Positions 1 through 22,134 of a stretch of 64,000 nucleotides of DNA are shown piece after piece. Source of the stretch: Hormiphora californensis (lineage: Eukaryota; Animalia; Ctenophora); NCBI GenBank assembly GCA_020137815.1, contig CM035360.1, forward strand, positions 5,394,001 through 5,458,000, written 5' to 3'. Position numbers and translations under genes: made by a program. Each line of letters starts with the position of its first letter. The stretch's first letter is position 1. The notes beneath the pieces were generated by a model. That model was given only the letters and a program-made list of their open reading frames with translations, was not told where the DNA came from and searched no databases.

Positions 1-755
1 TAGGCCCGGTTTTTCCTCGGTTTTCCATGTCACTGAGGCGGGTTTTCCCGCCTCGCTGCTCGTCCGGGGATTTAATCTGGTCTACGCTGGGTCCCAATTA
101 GTCTAGTTCTTCCTCTCCTTCTGGTTCGGGACCAGTCTCGGTGTTAATTGCCCTTCCTGGTTTCCTATTTCCACTCCTCGTTTCTTCCAATTCTTTCTCG
201 TCTAGTTCTCCTTTTTTATCTCTCCTTTTGATCGGGGTCCCAATTAGCGGGTGTAGGTAGCTTATTTCTTCTCCTTGTCCTGTCTTCTTGTGTTTCCCTT
301 CTCCTCTATCTCCTTTTCTCTCCTCTTATCTCTGATCTCTCCCCTTTTCTCTCTCTCTCACTTTCTCTCTCCAGCTTTCTCTCTCTTCCCCCCGCTCTCT
401 TTCTATCTATCTGCTATCGCCTCTTCTTTCCCTCCCTTCTCCCTCTCCCGCTCTTCTGACCAGATCGCACCCTCATATATCCCACCAAAACTTTTCAGCT
501 GGCCAGTGGGTAGGGGGTTGGAAAGCCATCTGGCGGAACATTGTCCAATCCACTGGACACCCATGTAAAATTTGGACCTAGTGGCATCACTCACACACCC
601 CAAGTACACCGTATTACCCTATACATGCACGAACAAAACCAGTCACGACCATATTTCTCCAGAAACCCTGATGATACCACGTACCCGTGATCAGTGCCTC
701 GCTACCTATTATCATAAGCCGCATACAATCGGGTGTGTGGTACAGTTCTTCCCCA

Positions 756-830
<75 letters not shown>

Positions 831-1984
831 CCCCCTCTCTCTCCCCCTCTCTCGCTATTGTCGATATGATGATAGGAGCAAGCCGGGATATTATCATTAT
901 ATGCAGTGTGTATATTGATTTTATCCTTTTTCTTATCATCCTCTCTCCCTCCAATCCCCAACCTCGTCCCCTACCTCCCCCTTCCCTTCTACCTAACCCT
1001 TATCTGGTGCTGGCAGTACTCTACATGCATTGCCCGATCTGGGTCGCCACGCGGCCTTGATCTCAGCTCCAGAGTGCTGCCTTTTCCTCTACCCTCTCCA
1101 GTCCGTCAGTTTGTCAGCAACCCTATCATATATGTGCTAGCCAGCGCTGTCAGGGTTGCGTCCGAAATCATGTCTATAACTTTGTTTGACAAAACTGCTC
1201 TGCGTGCTATCGAGATTGTTAGCACACACTCGTTGATTGGGTGAGTCGGACAGTGTCGGTGCAAGGCACCGAGGTCAAGCAAGGGACCGTATTGAGAGCT
1301 ATTATCATTGCTTGGCGGCATCCAATAGTCGGACCGCCCCATGGATTGAGAAATAGCCACGTGGAGGTGAAAAAAAAAAAAAAAAAAAAAAAAAACGACC
1401 AAAGTGAGAGAAAGAGAGTTTGTTACAGTTGGGTGGCGCGCACAAACAACTAGCACCCAAAGATAACAAACTCTCTCTCACCCATTTTGGTTGTTTTTTA
1501 TATTTGTCAATATCTCGCGTCACAGACAAGGTAGAGACACCAAAATTTGGTACCCCGGCTATTTTTTGACGCTGAACACGATGCAAGCATCCATTTCAAT
1601 CCACAATGCACAGATTTTTCTGTGGAGCAATTTTATAAAAGTTTAAATAATGAACATATTACGTCATAACTAATGAACGAGATAGAATTGGAAATTTTCG
1701 ATACCGTACCAATGGTCCTGGTGGTACTCCCCGTTCATCCACTAAGTTTTGTGAGAAAACACGGCGCACCACTCTTACTTTAACATATCAATCAGAGTTT
1801 GACATGCAACACCAGCTAAGAATCCCAGTTTGAGGCTAAACTCAAATGCAGAGTTCCTGAACCATACCTCAGCTTCCAAAATACCCCAGCTTCCGAACCA
1901 ATCAGTCTGGATCACACGTATAGTTCCAAGCTATATTAATATAGAACATGATGCAGAAGTTCTATCTATTCCATATTTGTTCAC

Positions 1985-2982
1985 ATGTCGTTCGGAGATG
2001 CTTTCAATAATGAGATCGGTAGTGAAAAGATTTCAAATCTTTCTAACTACCTTACGAAGAGAGAAATTTTAGCCCATTTCAGAGCTGTCTGTGCCGAGGA
2101 TCTTGTTGGTGTCGCAAAATCAGACATAACTAAGCAGGCTATTGCACTCACCGCTGATGTTGTACTCACTGTGTTTCGAAACATGGGACATGATGCCGTT
2201 CTCAAATCCAATGTTGTTTCGTAAGTTTACTTTTGAGTGAAATTGTTGCAGTTTCTGTTGCTGGATATGCTTTATACTAATTAAAATGCATTTTATTATA
2301 AGTAACATATTTTTGCAGGTCCTTGACTTCACTGGTACAACTGACGAGAAAGGCCATGAAACATAAACAGGAAAAGAAGGATAAGTTTATCTGGTCACTT
2401 CTTAGTGAGACGTTCATGTCAAGCTCCAAATCATTCGGCAAGGTGAGCATTATATATAACATTTCATTTCTAACATTTCATTTCTAGTTTAAAAATACAA
2501 CCAGCTGATATAGACAACTTTTTATTATAATGTCAGTCAGTAAAACTGTGAAATTCCTATAGCCACAAAACCGGAAACCAAAAGTTGTACCTAGTCCTAA
2601 CCCTGGAACCTCCACTGACAAAAACAGCAAGGTGCAGACTACCCCTACTCGACTCCGTGAAAACCGCATAACTTTTCAGAAGGTAAGAAGTCTTAATATC
2701 ATTTGATCTATAACATTGGTACGAAGATTAGTTCCATGTTAGTTGAAAATAAAATAATCAAAGTGTGTATCACTAATACCACTTTTACTTCGTTAGATCT
2801 ATGAGGCTGAACAAGGAGCTGAGAATCCTTTATCAACCTCACGGAGGAAAAGAAGCAGTTCTGACTATGTACCGTCTACAGAGGAGAGTGACAGCGATAA
2901 TGGGAGTGACTCCTTCCTGACTCTTGTTCGGCGGACAGGAAGGAATACCCGGGTGAGCAAGAGGAGGAAGTTGATGCTGTGA
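1985..2982 (+). CDS. Uncharacterised 4-exon gene (~221 aa), antisense within a presumed MSH4 intron; possibly transposon-derived
   Basis: Exons 1985-2220, 2319-2442, 2563-2682 and 2797-2982 have canonical GT-AG sites with matching phases (2,0,0) and give an uninterrupted ORF MSFGDAFNNEIGSEK...SSLTSLVQLTRKAMKHKQEKK...PQNRKPK...RRKRSSSDYVPSTEESDSD...SKRRKLML*. Basic NLS-like clusters and an acidic patch are present. The true start may lie upstream. Confidence 0.7.
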
Positions 2983-3219
2983 AAGAATGTTTAAGAATAA
3001 GAGAAAGAGCTTTGGAATGAAGAAAACACCGAGGTCTGAGATGATTTAGTTTGTAAATGATTCATACTGAATTTTCTGATTTGAGTTTAACTCCTATGAA
3101 GCTCTCTATCTGAATCATCTTAACTATTTCAAAATTGTACCAAAAATTAAAATGGGAACTATACCTACCTACCATACTATAGTAGTACTACCGATAATCC
3201 AGTGTGTTAAACATCCCAA

Positions 3220-3361
3220 AAAACAAATTCACCCAGCTCATCCCCCAGACACAGCAATCACAAACAAACAAACAAACAAACAAACAAACAAACGAACAAA
3301 AAAACAAGGCAAACTCACCCAGCTCATCCCCCAGACGCAGCACAACAAACAACAAACTCAC

Positions 3362-3370
<9 letters not shown>
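3220..3370 (-). repeat. Triplicated exon-end/5' splice site unit (GATGAGCTGG|GTGA(G/A)TTTG) with an (AAAC)n tract
   Basis: Donor GT copies at 3361, 3318 and 3232 on the minus strand, each preceded by GATGAGCTGG. Confidence 0.85.
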
Positions 3371-12595
<9,225 letters not shown>

Positions 12596-12699
12596 GGAAA
12601 AGAAGGTCTGAAAGAGCCAAAGTTGGTTGTAAAAAGTTTTTAAAGAAAAAAAATTAAAAGCCTGAAAAAAGGGGCGCCGTTACGATCTGGGTGTTTGGA

Positions 12700-13164
12700 G
12701 GCCTGTTTACAGGTGCACGCTGCCAAAAAAGTTGATTCACTAAATTGGCTCTAACCGCCAAACCACTCAACCGTTTTGGCTGATTCAAAGTTTATCTGGT
12801 AGGGAATGTCAAGGCCTAACCCCAACCCAAACCCCAACCCTAACCCTAACCCTAACCCTACTTTAGCCCTAACCCTAAAAAACCGTTTGTCAGCACTCCC
12901 AAAACACCCAGATTTTAACGGAAAACGTTAAAATCTGGGTGCCTTTCATTGCTAACAATTCGTAGTTTTAGCGCGCGCGACGGGTTAGGGCTATCCGTTA
13001 GGGTCTGGTTAGGGTTTGGTTTGGGGTTATCGGTTAGGACTATCGATTCTCTGTCAGTTACCGTTTAGTTTACTCAAATTGGCCATGTGGTTGCGTGGCT
13101 ATAGCCGTTTGAAAAAAGTCGGTCTAAGTGTACTCTTTTGGTAGCGCGCACCTGTAAACAGGCC
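12700..13164. mobile_element. MITE with 17-bp TIR containing inverted telomere-like (CCCTAA)n/(TTAGGG)n tracts
   Basis: GGCCTGTTTACAGGTGC...GCACCTGTAAACAGGCC; CCCTAA repeats at 12815-12878, degenerate TTAGGG at 12982-13038. No clear TSD. Confidence 0.8.
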
Positions 13165-13170
13165 GCAAGG

Positions 13171-13326
13171 TATACTCCATTTTTTTTCAACTGTTCACCC
13201 CCCAAAGTCGTGCGCGGAATTTTTTTGCGCGTTTATCACATGTTAACGTATAGCGCGCGCCACCCAAATTCTAATTTTTATTAAATTTCAGTTTTTGGGT
13301 GAACAGTTGAAAAAAAATGGACTTTA
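13171..13326. mobile_element. ~155-bp MITE (TA ends, Tc1/mariner-like), copy 1
   Basis: TIR TCCATTTTTTTTCAACTGTTCACCC; near-identical copy at 49190-49347. Confidence 0.88.
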
Positions 13327-13719
13327 CCCAGATTATAATCGCGCCCGATTTTAACGTTGGAATGCGCTGCAGCCCCCTCATGCGCGCACCCCCGCAACGA
13401 GGGGACTGGAGGGAATGCCGCGCGCGCGTTTGGCCTGATCCCGGCTGGGTCGAAGATAACTTTGCGGTCGAAAAAACGGCGGTGCTTATAACTTTGGCTC
13501 CTGAAGTCCGTTTGACTTGATTCTTTCACCAGTTGTTAGATCTGACGATTATCTACCTTGCTGTTTTTGAGAGAAGTTAATTGGACTTAAGGAGGCTGAG
13601 CAATAGCCGTTGAAAGATGGGTTGTTTTCAAAAAGTGACGTCACAGATTCTTGCAGGGACACCTTTTTTAAAATTTCATTCAAATTTTGATTTTACCGCA
13701 CTCGATTTTGCGGAGTTTG

Positions 13720-13912
13720 GTTCATATCTCCTGTTCCTGATAAGATAGAGACCTGAAACCGGTTGCATTTGAAAGCTGTTATCTTCCTCTTTCCAACGCT
13801 ACCAAAACGATTTCTGTACCTTATCTGGAACCGGAGATATGATTGATTATGTATTCCCCCCTAGCGCGGTATTCCCTCCAGGCCCCTTATATTCTATTAT
13901 AAGGGGCCTGCA
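13720..13912. mobile_element. Transposon remnant with two hairpins
   Basis: ATATCTCC...GGAGATAT imperfect inverted repeat and CAGGCCCCTTATA..TATAAGGGGCCTG stem-loop. Confidence 0.45.
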
Positions 13913-14524
13913 ACGTATGCCAAATTTTAACGCTGGCCTGAAAAAGTGTGCATGTGAAAAACATTTTTATTTTTTATTTTGACGTTGCAAATAAATGTAG
14001 CGCGCTAAATTTTGAGGATAAACGAGCATGCGCGCGCGACGCATCCGAGCGCGAAAAAAGTTTTGAAACTTTTCATTTTTTATATTTGCACTTCTTAGTT
14101 TTTTAAGTCTCCACTTTGTGGGTTCACTCTGTGACCAATCGTGGCGTGCTTTTATTATCTGAGACCCCGGTGTCGGATTGCTGTTTCTTTTCAAGAAGAA
14201 AAACAAGAATTATTGCATTATGTATTCATAATGCGGTATTTCCCTGCCCTCCGTCGACAGGATCAGTATCACACTATCAGTATCACAATATCAAGGCTTG
14301 GTCACAATGTGAGATGCATGCGTCCTGTATGTATGCAGTTACACAGCTGTTTTACTCTACCCTCACCCCTTCAGCAACAGTGTTGTGAGCGCCGCGCACA
14401 GCTTTGAAAAATAAGCGTCCTGACATCATATTTCATCAAAACAGTTATTTGATTTTATGAAGGAGCAGTTACTATGCTGCTACCGTGACACACGCGATTT
14501 TGACCACGCTCGAGTTACTATTTC

Positions 14525-14630
14525 AAATCCGAGATTTCTAAACCCTTTATGATCTTTTTAGCACACGTGCTAAAACGATCATCCGGGTGGATGCCCTTCG
14601 GGCATCCACCCGGGCAGGGAAAAAATAAAT
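14525..14630 (-). mobile_element. Helentron/HINE-type terminal fragment, reverse orientation, upstream of aPKC
   Basis: CCGGGTGGATGCCC-TTC-GGGCATCCACCCGG hairpin plus GATCTTTTTAGCAC..GTGCTAAAA palindrome matching 61625-61715. Confidence 0.7.
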
Positions 14631-14981
14631 TCAAAAGAGTACCATTTGGCATGCGCTGCAGACCCCTGGTGTGCACGTTTCCCACGGCTTCTGTGGGGCC
14701 TGAAGCGTAGGCCAAAGTACCATACCAACTCTACCGACTACCGAGGGGCTGTAGCATGTGCTGACATTTTTCCCACAACGTAGCGCTGTTTGTTTGTCTT
14801 ATTCATTAGTTTTTCGTGTATAATATACTCTGTAGATTCCCCCAATGTGCCATTTACACAGTCCACAGAGGTCAGGTATTGAGGTATTTGTGGAAGGAAC
14901 AATTGTACTCACTATTCTAATCAACTAATAAAAACGACAATTTAAGGATTTAGTATGCGGTGATATTAGCCTAACTATGCG

Positions 14982-16967
14982 ATGAGTCAGCGGATACGGG
15001 AGATCCAGGCTCGGCCTGTAGATGTGAGGGCAAGCTACTGCACTCAAACCAAGTAAGCAGAGAGTGTGACCCGTGTACATTGTTTTACATTGATTCCAAA
15101 GCACTATTCCCCTAGAAAATGTGAGAACATTACTTTTGATTCTAAAGCATTACTTTCCCAGAGATTGGAAGTACTTTAAAATTGATCCTTTCATCAACTT
15201 TGAAGATCTCCTCCAGCGATGCATCCACCACCTTCAGCTTGACCGATGTATGTGTCCATTTTGACAAACAATTTACTCAAAATAAGTATCTGACCTTTAA
15301 TGTTGAGTAGGACACAGTGTTTCACGGTCCCTTATTTCACACAGCGATAACAGATGAGTACTCTCTGAAATGGATGGATGATGAAGGTGATCCCTGTACA
15401 ATAAACTCTGATAATGAACTTGCAGAGGCCATCAGGTACTAGTTGGTTGTACAGTTGTTGTGTTTTCCTTCGGCCTCTTCAATTAGTCTCAAAATCTTTG
15501 TATTTGCTTTGCTGGAACATTTAACAAGTAGTATACTTAAATTTTGATTGAATGAATCGTCTGTGAGATGGATAAGATTACCACCACACTAACTCCCTCT
15601 TACCGTCACGCTTCTCTCTCTCCCATCTTACACACACACATTCTCCAGTAGGCGTCTTCTCCATCTCGATGTGGAAGAGTATCATGTTTCACGTTCAATC
15701 ATCCTCACCGAGTTGTAGCGTGATCTCTCTGTGTTACACTCTGAGGTCACTTTACTAATTACCACTACTACTGCTCACTAGAATCATGATAACAACAAAA
15801 TACAAGGTTGGATCACCTCTCAAATTAACTCATTTTCTCTCCCACTCATGTCCCACTCATGTCCCCTTCAATATACCCCTGCAGTACCCCTCATGTCCCC
15901 TTCAATATACCCCTGTACCCCTTATAGTCATGTCTCCCACTCATGTCCCCTTCAATATACCCCTGTACCCCTATTTCCAGGTTGTTCATCCTATCCCAGG
16001 AGCGAGACATCCAGCTCTATGTGTTCCCCGGTACCCCCACACCGGGAGACTGGTGTGCTGGAGAGAGCACCAAATTCTACGAGAGGACTGGTGCCCGTAG
16101 GTGGAAGAAGTTAACGAGAATAATGGGTCATGCTTTCACGCCCAAACGATTTAGGTAAGTAACTTGAAAATTCAGAACAAGAATAGACAACAGGCCTTTC
16201 ACATCTGAATTTAGTACAATTACTACAAACTAGCAATGTTAACCTAGATACCATACAATATTCCCCCTATAATATTTCCAAGCACTACTATTTCTCCTTT
16301 GTTACTGCTCACCCCACCCCCTACTAACACGAACACACCCCCTCAGTTTCAAGGTTCAGTGTCCCATCTGTCACGATCTCATCTGGGGAATTGGACGGCA
16401 GGGATACAAGTGTATAAACTGCAAGTTGCTAGTACACAAGCGATGCTGCAGGTTGGTGCTTGTGTGGATTTGTGTCTGTGTGTTTGTAGGATCAGTCTGT
16501 CTGTTTGTTTGTAGGATCAGTCTGTCTGTGTGTTTGTAGGATCAGTCTGTCTGTGTGTTCGTATGATCAGTGTGTCTGTGTGTTTGTAGGATCAGTGTGT
16601 CTGTGTGTTTGTAGGATCAGTGTGTCTGTGTGTTTGTAGGATCAGTGTGTCTGTGTGTTTGTAGGATCAGTCTGTCTGTGTGTTTGTAGGATAAGTCTGT
16701 CTGGGTGTTTGTAGGATCAGTCTGTCTGTTTGTTCATTATAGGGTCTGTCTGTTTGTTTGTAATACAGACTTCGATGATGTGGTCTGTGTTTGTTTTTTG
16801 TATGTCTTTAATTACTAGTTTTCTGCCTATTTTAATTGTAATTAGTCCTGTCTAGGCCACGTTGAAATTATATATCCAGCTTGTCCGAACATTATGTCCT
16901 ATCTGTAGTCCAGCTTTGTTGTATATCCTCACAGTGGCTATAGCCTATGTTTTACACATACATTTTT

Positions 16968-17038
<71 letters not shown>

Positions 17039-17180
17039 ATCACTTTTTCTCTATCCTTCACTCGATAAAACAAACATCCTCTGATCACGTGATCTATTGC
17101 GTAATTAATGACGCGATAGTTATTCTTGTATGCACTAACCCTTGCATAGCTCATCGCGAGAAAAGTGATAGTGAGAGGGT

Positions 17181-17224
<44 letters not shown>

Positions 17225-17789
17225 AGAGAAAGAGAGAGACTAGAGAGTGTGGGTTATGGGGGAAGTAATGAAGGATGTCCAGAAACAGCGAGATGAGAGA
17301 GATGGTACTTAGAAATTTAAATGAGTGCAATAAAGTAGCCACCAATTATTAGTATTGCCTAGTAGTGCTGCAGTTTAGTAACTGCTATGTGGCATACAGC
17401 TAACAGCTTGTGTTATAGTTCTGTGATGGTTCGGTAGAACAACTTACCGGTATTTTACTCTGCGGTAAATACCGCTTGTGAGACAAAAAGGATGGTTGAG
17501 CAGTGTTATGACTCATAACACTGCTCAACTCATAACTTATGAGTTCTTGTCTGGTTGTGACTTGTTGGTTTCCGTTTTACCTTCCTGTCTACTAACTAAA
17601 TACCTCTCTGGTTCGTTTCCTACCTCTCTACCTAGATCGTCTACATTCAAATACCAGCCACTAATCCTCTTGTTGTTAGTAACGCTCACTTTGGCTCAAG
17701 TACTCTGCTGCATGCTATCTTACGGCTTACTGAAATCACAGAGGGCACTAAACAGTTTATTACAGTTTAAAGACATTTAATTTCTTTGT

Positions 17790-17823
<34 letters not shown>

Positions 17824-18018
17824 TCTTTTTCTCCAGATGTTTCTCCTCTCATTATTTTTCTCCGTTTTCCGAATTCCAATGATCTCGACTTTACGACGTC
17901 CTTCCTGCATTACACATTGCACTGCTATTTGATGTTTGATTTGGTTTTAGCAGCACTTGAATTTGCTCTGTTCTGGATTTTCCTGTAAGTTTCAAACTCT
18001 CAGTCATATTTGTTTGCC

Positions 18019-18083
<65 letters not shown>

Positions 18084-21005
18084 TTCTGTCTTTCTGTCTG
18101 TCTGTCTGTTAATTATCTGTCTGTTTGTCTGTATGTCTTTCTGTCTGTCTGTCTGTCTGTCTTTATGTCTGTCTGTCTGTCTGTTTGTTTGTTTGTTTGT
18201 TTGTTTGTTTGTTTGTTTGTTTGTTTGTTTGTTTGTTTGTTTGTTTGTTTGTTTGTTTGTTTAATTGTTTGTTCGTTTGTTTAATTGTTTGTTTGTTTTT
18301 TTTGTTTGTTTGTTTTTTTTGTACAAAGACACCAATAAGATAAGGACTCTTTGAATCCCTTGATTACAAGTTTTTTATTTCAGATACATCAACAAGCCAT
18401 GCTCGCCTCAAGAAACAGGGAACTTTATTCTCCCACCCCCACCTGGTAAGAAGAGAAGGAAATGATATGGAGAGAGAGAGAGTTATAGATATAATATGGT
18501 GATGGGATAGTATAGAGGGAGGAACCAGTGTGTGATAACTTAATTTGGGGGTATTTTCAAGCTTTAGTACACCCTTGTAGTAGGAGCGCTTAGATCAGTT
18601 CCCGCCAAAAGTCGCGCGCCACCCCTTTTGTGCATTGTCATAGCTCCTTCATTTTAACTCCAATCAAAGAATGGTTATGAAGTCACCCCTATGGTTATGA
18701 AGTCACCCCCTTGGTTATGAAGTCACCCCACTGTTATATAGGCGCTTGCGTTGAGACTTGAGGGATAGTTTCGTTACCAAAGTACATCCCATTATATTCT
18801 CTCCCGCAGTTGTGAAAGATGACAAGTTGACACCGACACCACAAGGGGAGCCCCTAATAGGCCTCACTGACTTCGATATGATGTCTGTAATTGGAAGGGG
18901 CAGCTACGCTAAGGTAAGATGCAGGGCGGAGAGGTGGATCGATAGTCAGTAAAGTGTAAACTATCACATGACCAAACTCTTATCAAATAAATGCAATATA
19001 ATTCCACTTTTCTTCCCCAATACATATCTTATTACGCCCCCTTATATAATCCCCTAGTATCTAGTCCTGCTAACTAGAAATGTATATCTCCAGGTGTTAC
19101 TAGTTAGGTACAAGAAAACTAAGAAGCTGTACGCAATGAAGGTCATCAAGAAGAGCATGATTAACGATGAAGACGATATTGAATGGGTACGTGTTATTAT
19201 AGTCTAGTGGGGGGGGGGGGGAATGTCGGGGCTGGTAGAGTGCTGGTACCATGTCAGGGTTTCATATACAGTTATTTCATATTCTAACTCCCTAACCCCC
19301 CTTGTAGGTACAAACTGAGAAGAATGTGTTCGAGCGGGCCTCAAACCATCCCTTCCTGGTCGGTCTTCACTCCTGCTTCCAGACCAGCTCCCGCATTGTC
19401 TTCGTCATCGAATTTGTCAACGGTGGTGACATGATGTTCCATATGCAGAAAGTGAGTCACGTGAAGCTTTTATCGTGCTGTCGTAAAATGTCATTTTGTC
19501 AATAAAATACTGGAGTGAGAGAGCTGAGAGAGAGAAAAAGGAGGTGAGAGAAAGTGAGAGAGACGTTATATATTTGAAACCTAATACACTCCATCTCTTG
19601 TAGTCACACAAGCTAGAGGAAGACCATGCACGCTTCTACGCAGCAGAGATAGCGTGTGCCCTAAACTTCCTTCATGTCCACATGATCATATACCGAGATC
19701 TGAAGTTAGATAACGTACTGATTGATTGTGAAGGGCACGTCAAGCTCACTGATTATGGTAAGTTGTGGCACGCGCCCAAGGGGGTCTACATCACCGAATG
19801 CGCGCGGCGTTAACAAAGTACAGATTGTGAGTATTTGAGGTGCGCGCTTATAAACACCCTGGATCTGATCTCGCCCCATCTCAGGAATGTGCAAGGAATG
19901 TACCCCGGATGTGCAATCAACTTCCACCTTCTGCGGAACACCCAACTATATCGCACCAGAGGTAAAACAGCACAATCTAGTTAATAATTAATATCGACAA
20001 ATTGTCGACGTTTTAGATTCGTATCTGGCATGTTGTTTTGCTACAAAACTGACATATTATTCTGATTCACCATTGTTCACCACATTTCAGGTATTGAAGA
20101 ATGAGGAGTATAGTTATGGTGTTGATTGGTGGGCGCTAGGTGTATTGATGTATGAGATGCTATTAGGGAGATCACCATTCAATGTTAACACAGAGGAATA
20201 TGAAACACCAGAAGAAGCAGAGAACTTGTTATTCCAGGTAACGATTTGCCTAGCTAGACTGTGTTAGAAAATAACAAGTAACGATATTGTTTATAGTTCA
20301 TGACTTCGATAGTTCAACTTTATCATAGAGATCTTTACTGCAAAGTGCAATACTTACAGATCCGCACAATACCTGTTATGTTCCATGCCAATCAAACTAA
20401 CAAAACCCCTCTCTCTCTGCAGTATATTCTGAATAAAGCTATCCGAATACCCCGGTGGCTAAGTATCAAGGCGGGTACAGTTCTCCGGGCACTGCTCAAA
20501 AGGGATCCTGAGGAGAGACTGGCATGTAACCCGGAGACAGGGTGGCAAAGTCTCAAATCTCATCCCTTCTTCTCTGATCTTGATTGGGACCTCCTAGAAA
20601 ACAGACAGGTACATATATTGGACTGACCTATAATACTTGTCAGTACTGTCTCCAGTGACTTAAGACAGTGACTGACGACAGTATTAGACCATGTGTGGTG
20701 TGTCAGGATCAAATCTGTATCCAACGGTTTTATTTGGTCAGCCGATCTAACTAAGTTTCTTAATCTCTCCCATCAATTTGATTTATATTACTATAACAAC
20801 TCTCTCTCTCTCCCAGATTCGTCCACCGTTCATCCCCAAGCTAACCTCCGAGTCTGATCTGACCAACTTTGACAACGTTTTCACTGACGAAGAGGTTCAG
20901 TTGACACCAGAGGATGCCTCAGAGCTGGTAGCAATCGACCAGACAGAGTTTGAAGGGTTTGAGTATATTAACCCTCTGCTATTGAACAAAGAGGACGCTG
21001 TTTAG
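14982..21005 (+). CDS. aPKC: Atypical protein kinase C (iota/zeta type), complete multi-exon gene
   Basis: PB1 ([13 protein letters not shown]), pseudosubstrate (GARRWKKL), single C1 ([29 protein letters not shown]), kinase [36 protein letters not shown], turn motif QLTPED, hydrophobic motif [12 protein letters not shown]-type end EDAV*. All splice phases are consistent. Confidence 0.97.
15835..15975. repeat. Imperfect minisatellite (TCATGTCCCCTTCAATATACCCCTG x3) before an aPKC acceptor
   Basis: Direct inspection. Confidence 0.8.
16470..16740. repeat. ~24-bp minisatellite (GTCTGTGTGTTTGTAGGATCAGT-type) after an aPKC donor
   Basis: About 10 tandem copies. Confidence 0.9.
18010..18320. repeat. 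(GTCT)n/(GTTT)n compound microsatellite
   Basis: Direct inspection. Confidence 0.95.
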
Positions 21006-22134
21006 GAATGTGTTAAGTGTGTGTGGGTTAGAGTCAGTGTAAGATACAAGAAATCATGATATTACAAAACATTAGTAGTTTAGCATTTATTTTTAAAATT
21101 TTATTTCATTTAAGCGTGTGGAAGGGGCGTGATTTGGGTTGCGATCAGATCATCCCACATAGCTCATCTTTGACAGTACAGTAGTTTTCAAAATTTGACC
21201 CAATTTGACTTTCAAATCCCGAGAAAATCTTAATCTTGTACAATTTGAAACAGTTTCCGTTCCTTTTTCTAGCAATATGTATGTGTGTTTTACACCTTCT
21301 TACAAGTTATGTTTCTACTGGCTAAGAAAGAAATATGAACATTCAAAAGACGTATTATATTGTTTAGTTCTTATCAATCAGAATTTTTCAGTGATTTTTT
21401 TTCTAGACATCATTATTATGTGACGGGTTTAGTTTGTGTTGTGCGTGTTATTCCATACCGGGAGAAGTGCCTCCGGTGTTCTCTGTCTGGCGTTGCCGAC
21501 CCGATCTGAGCGCACTCAGATTTTGAGAATCATCAATCAAAACGGTGTCTGGCGGCGCGACAGACAGGGTGGTCTAAGAAGTTGAGATTACGGTTCACGA
21601 TCATATCTAATAATAGTTATGATGTTATAAGAGTGTGTGAAGGGGCTGGTTATTACGTGTGGAATTATGTGCATGGTGACTGTTATATTACCGCTGTGTA
21701 TCATTCATATCTCTCTCTTGTTGTAGTAAATTACATGTGTTTCATTTTGTTATCGGATCATACAAGCCGTGATGGCTGAGATGGAGACACTGTCTCAGAC
21801 AGACCGTGGAGATTTTCCCACGCCCGATTGGGCGCGCGTTCTGTATTTTACCGCGCACTAGAGGCTGGTAAATAGGACATGTCGTCGCGTGTTACTGCAC
21901 CGTAACAAGAAAAGTGTGACAGAGGTTGGGCCACACGAGGGATTAGTAGAAACCGGTTAATTAAGGCAAATTAAAGTTTGACTGTTATCAAATATCGTAA
22001 CACATCCAGATATCAGTGATGTAAAATGATGTTAGGTACGTCCCTTGGCCTTACTCAAAATTCAACAAGATATATTCAATTAGAGATATTGGAGATATTG
22101 GTATAAGATTGGTTTGGTTTGGTTTCAGCAAGAT

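Noticed and set aside
275-1060. ORFs rich in SLSL/ERER (also near 8.7, 17, 24.8, 28.2, 50, 52, 55, 57.2 and 60.9 kb)
   Set aside because: Translations of (CT)n/(AG)n microsatellites.
1000-1396. Sequence ending in a poly(A) run, a possible retroposed element or MSH4 exon
   Set aside because: No TSD, RT motif or MutS motif found; insufficient support.
12815-13038. Telomere-telomere fusion site
   Set aside because: Tracts are short, degenerate, in CCCTAA-then-TTAGGG order and enclosed by TIRs, which fits a MITE.
16470-16740. Regular repeats as a possible CRISPR array (also 62026-62145)
   Set aside because: No unique spacers, eukaryotic intron, no cas genes.
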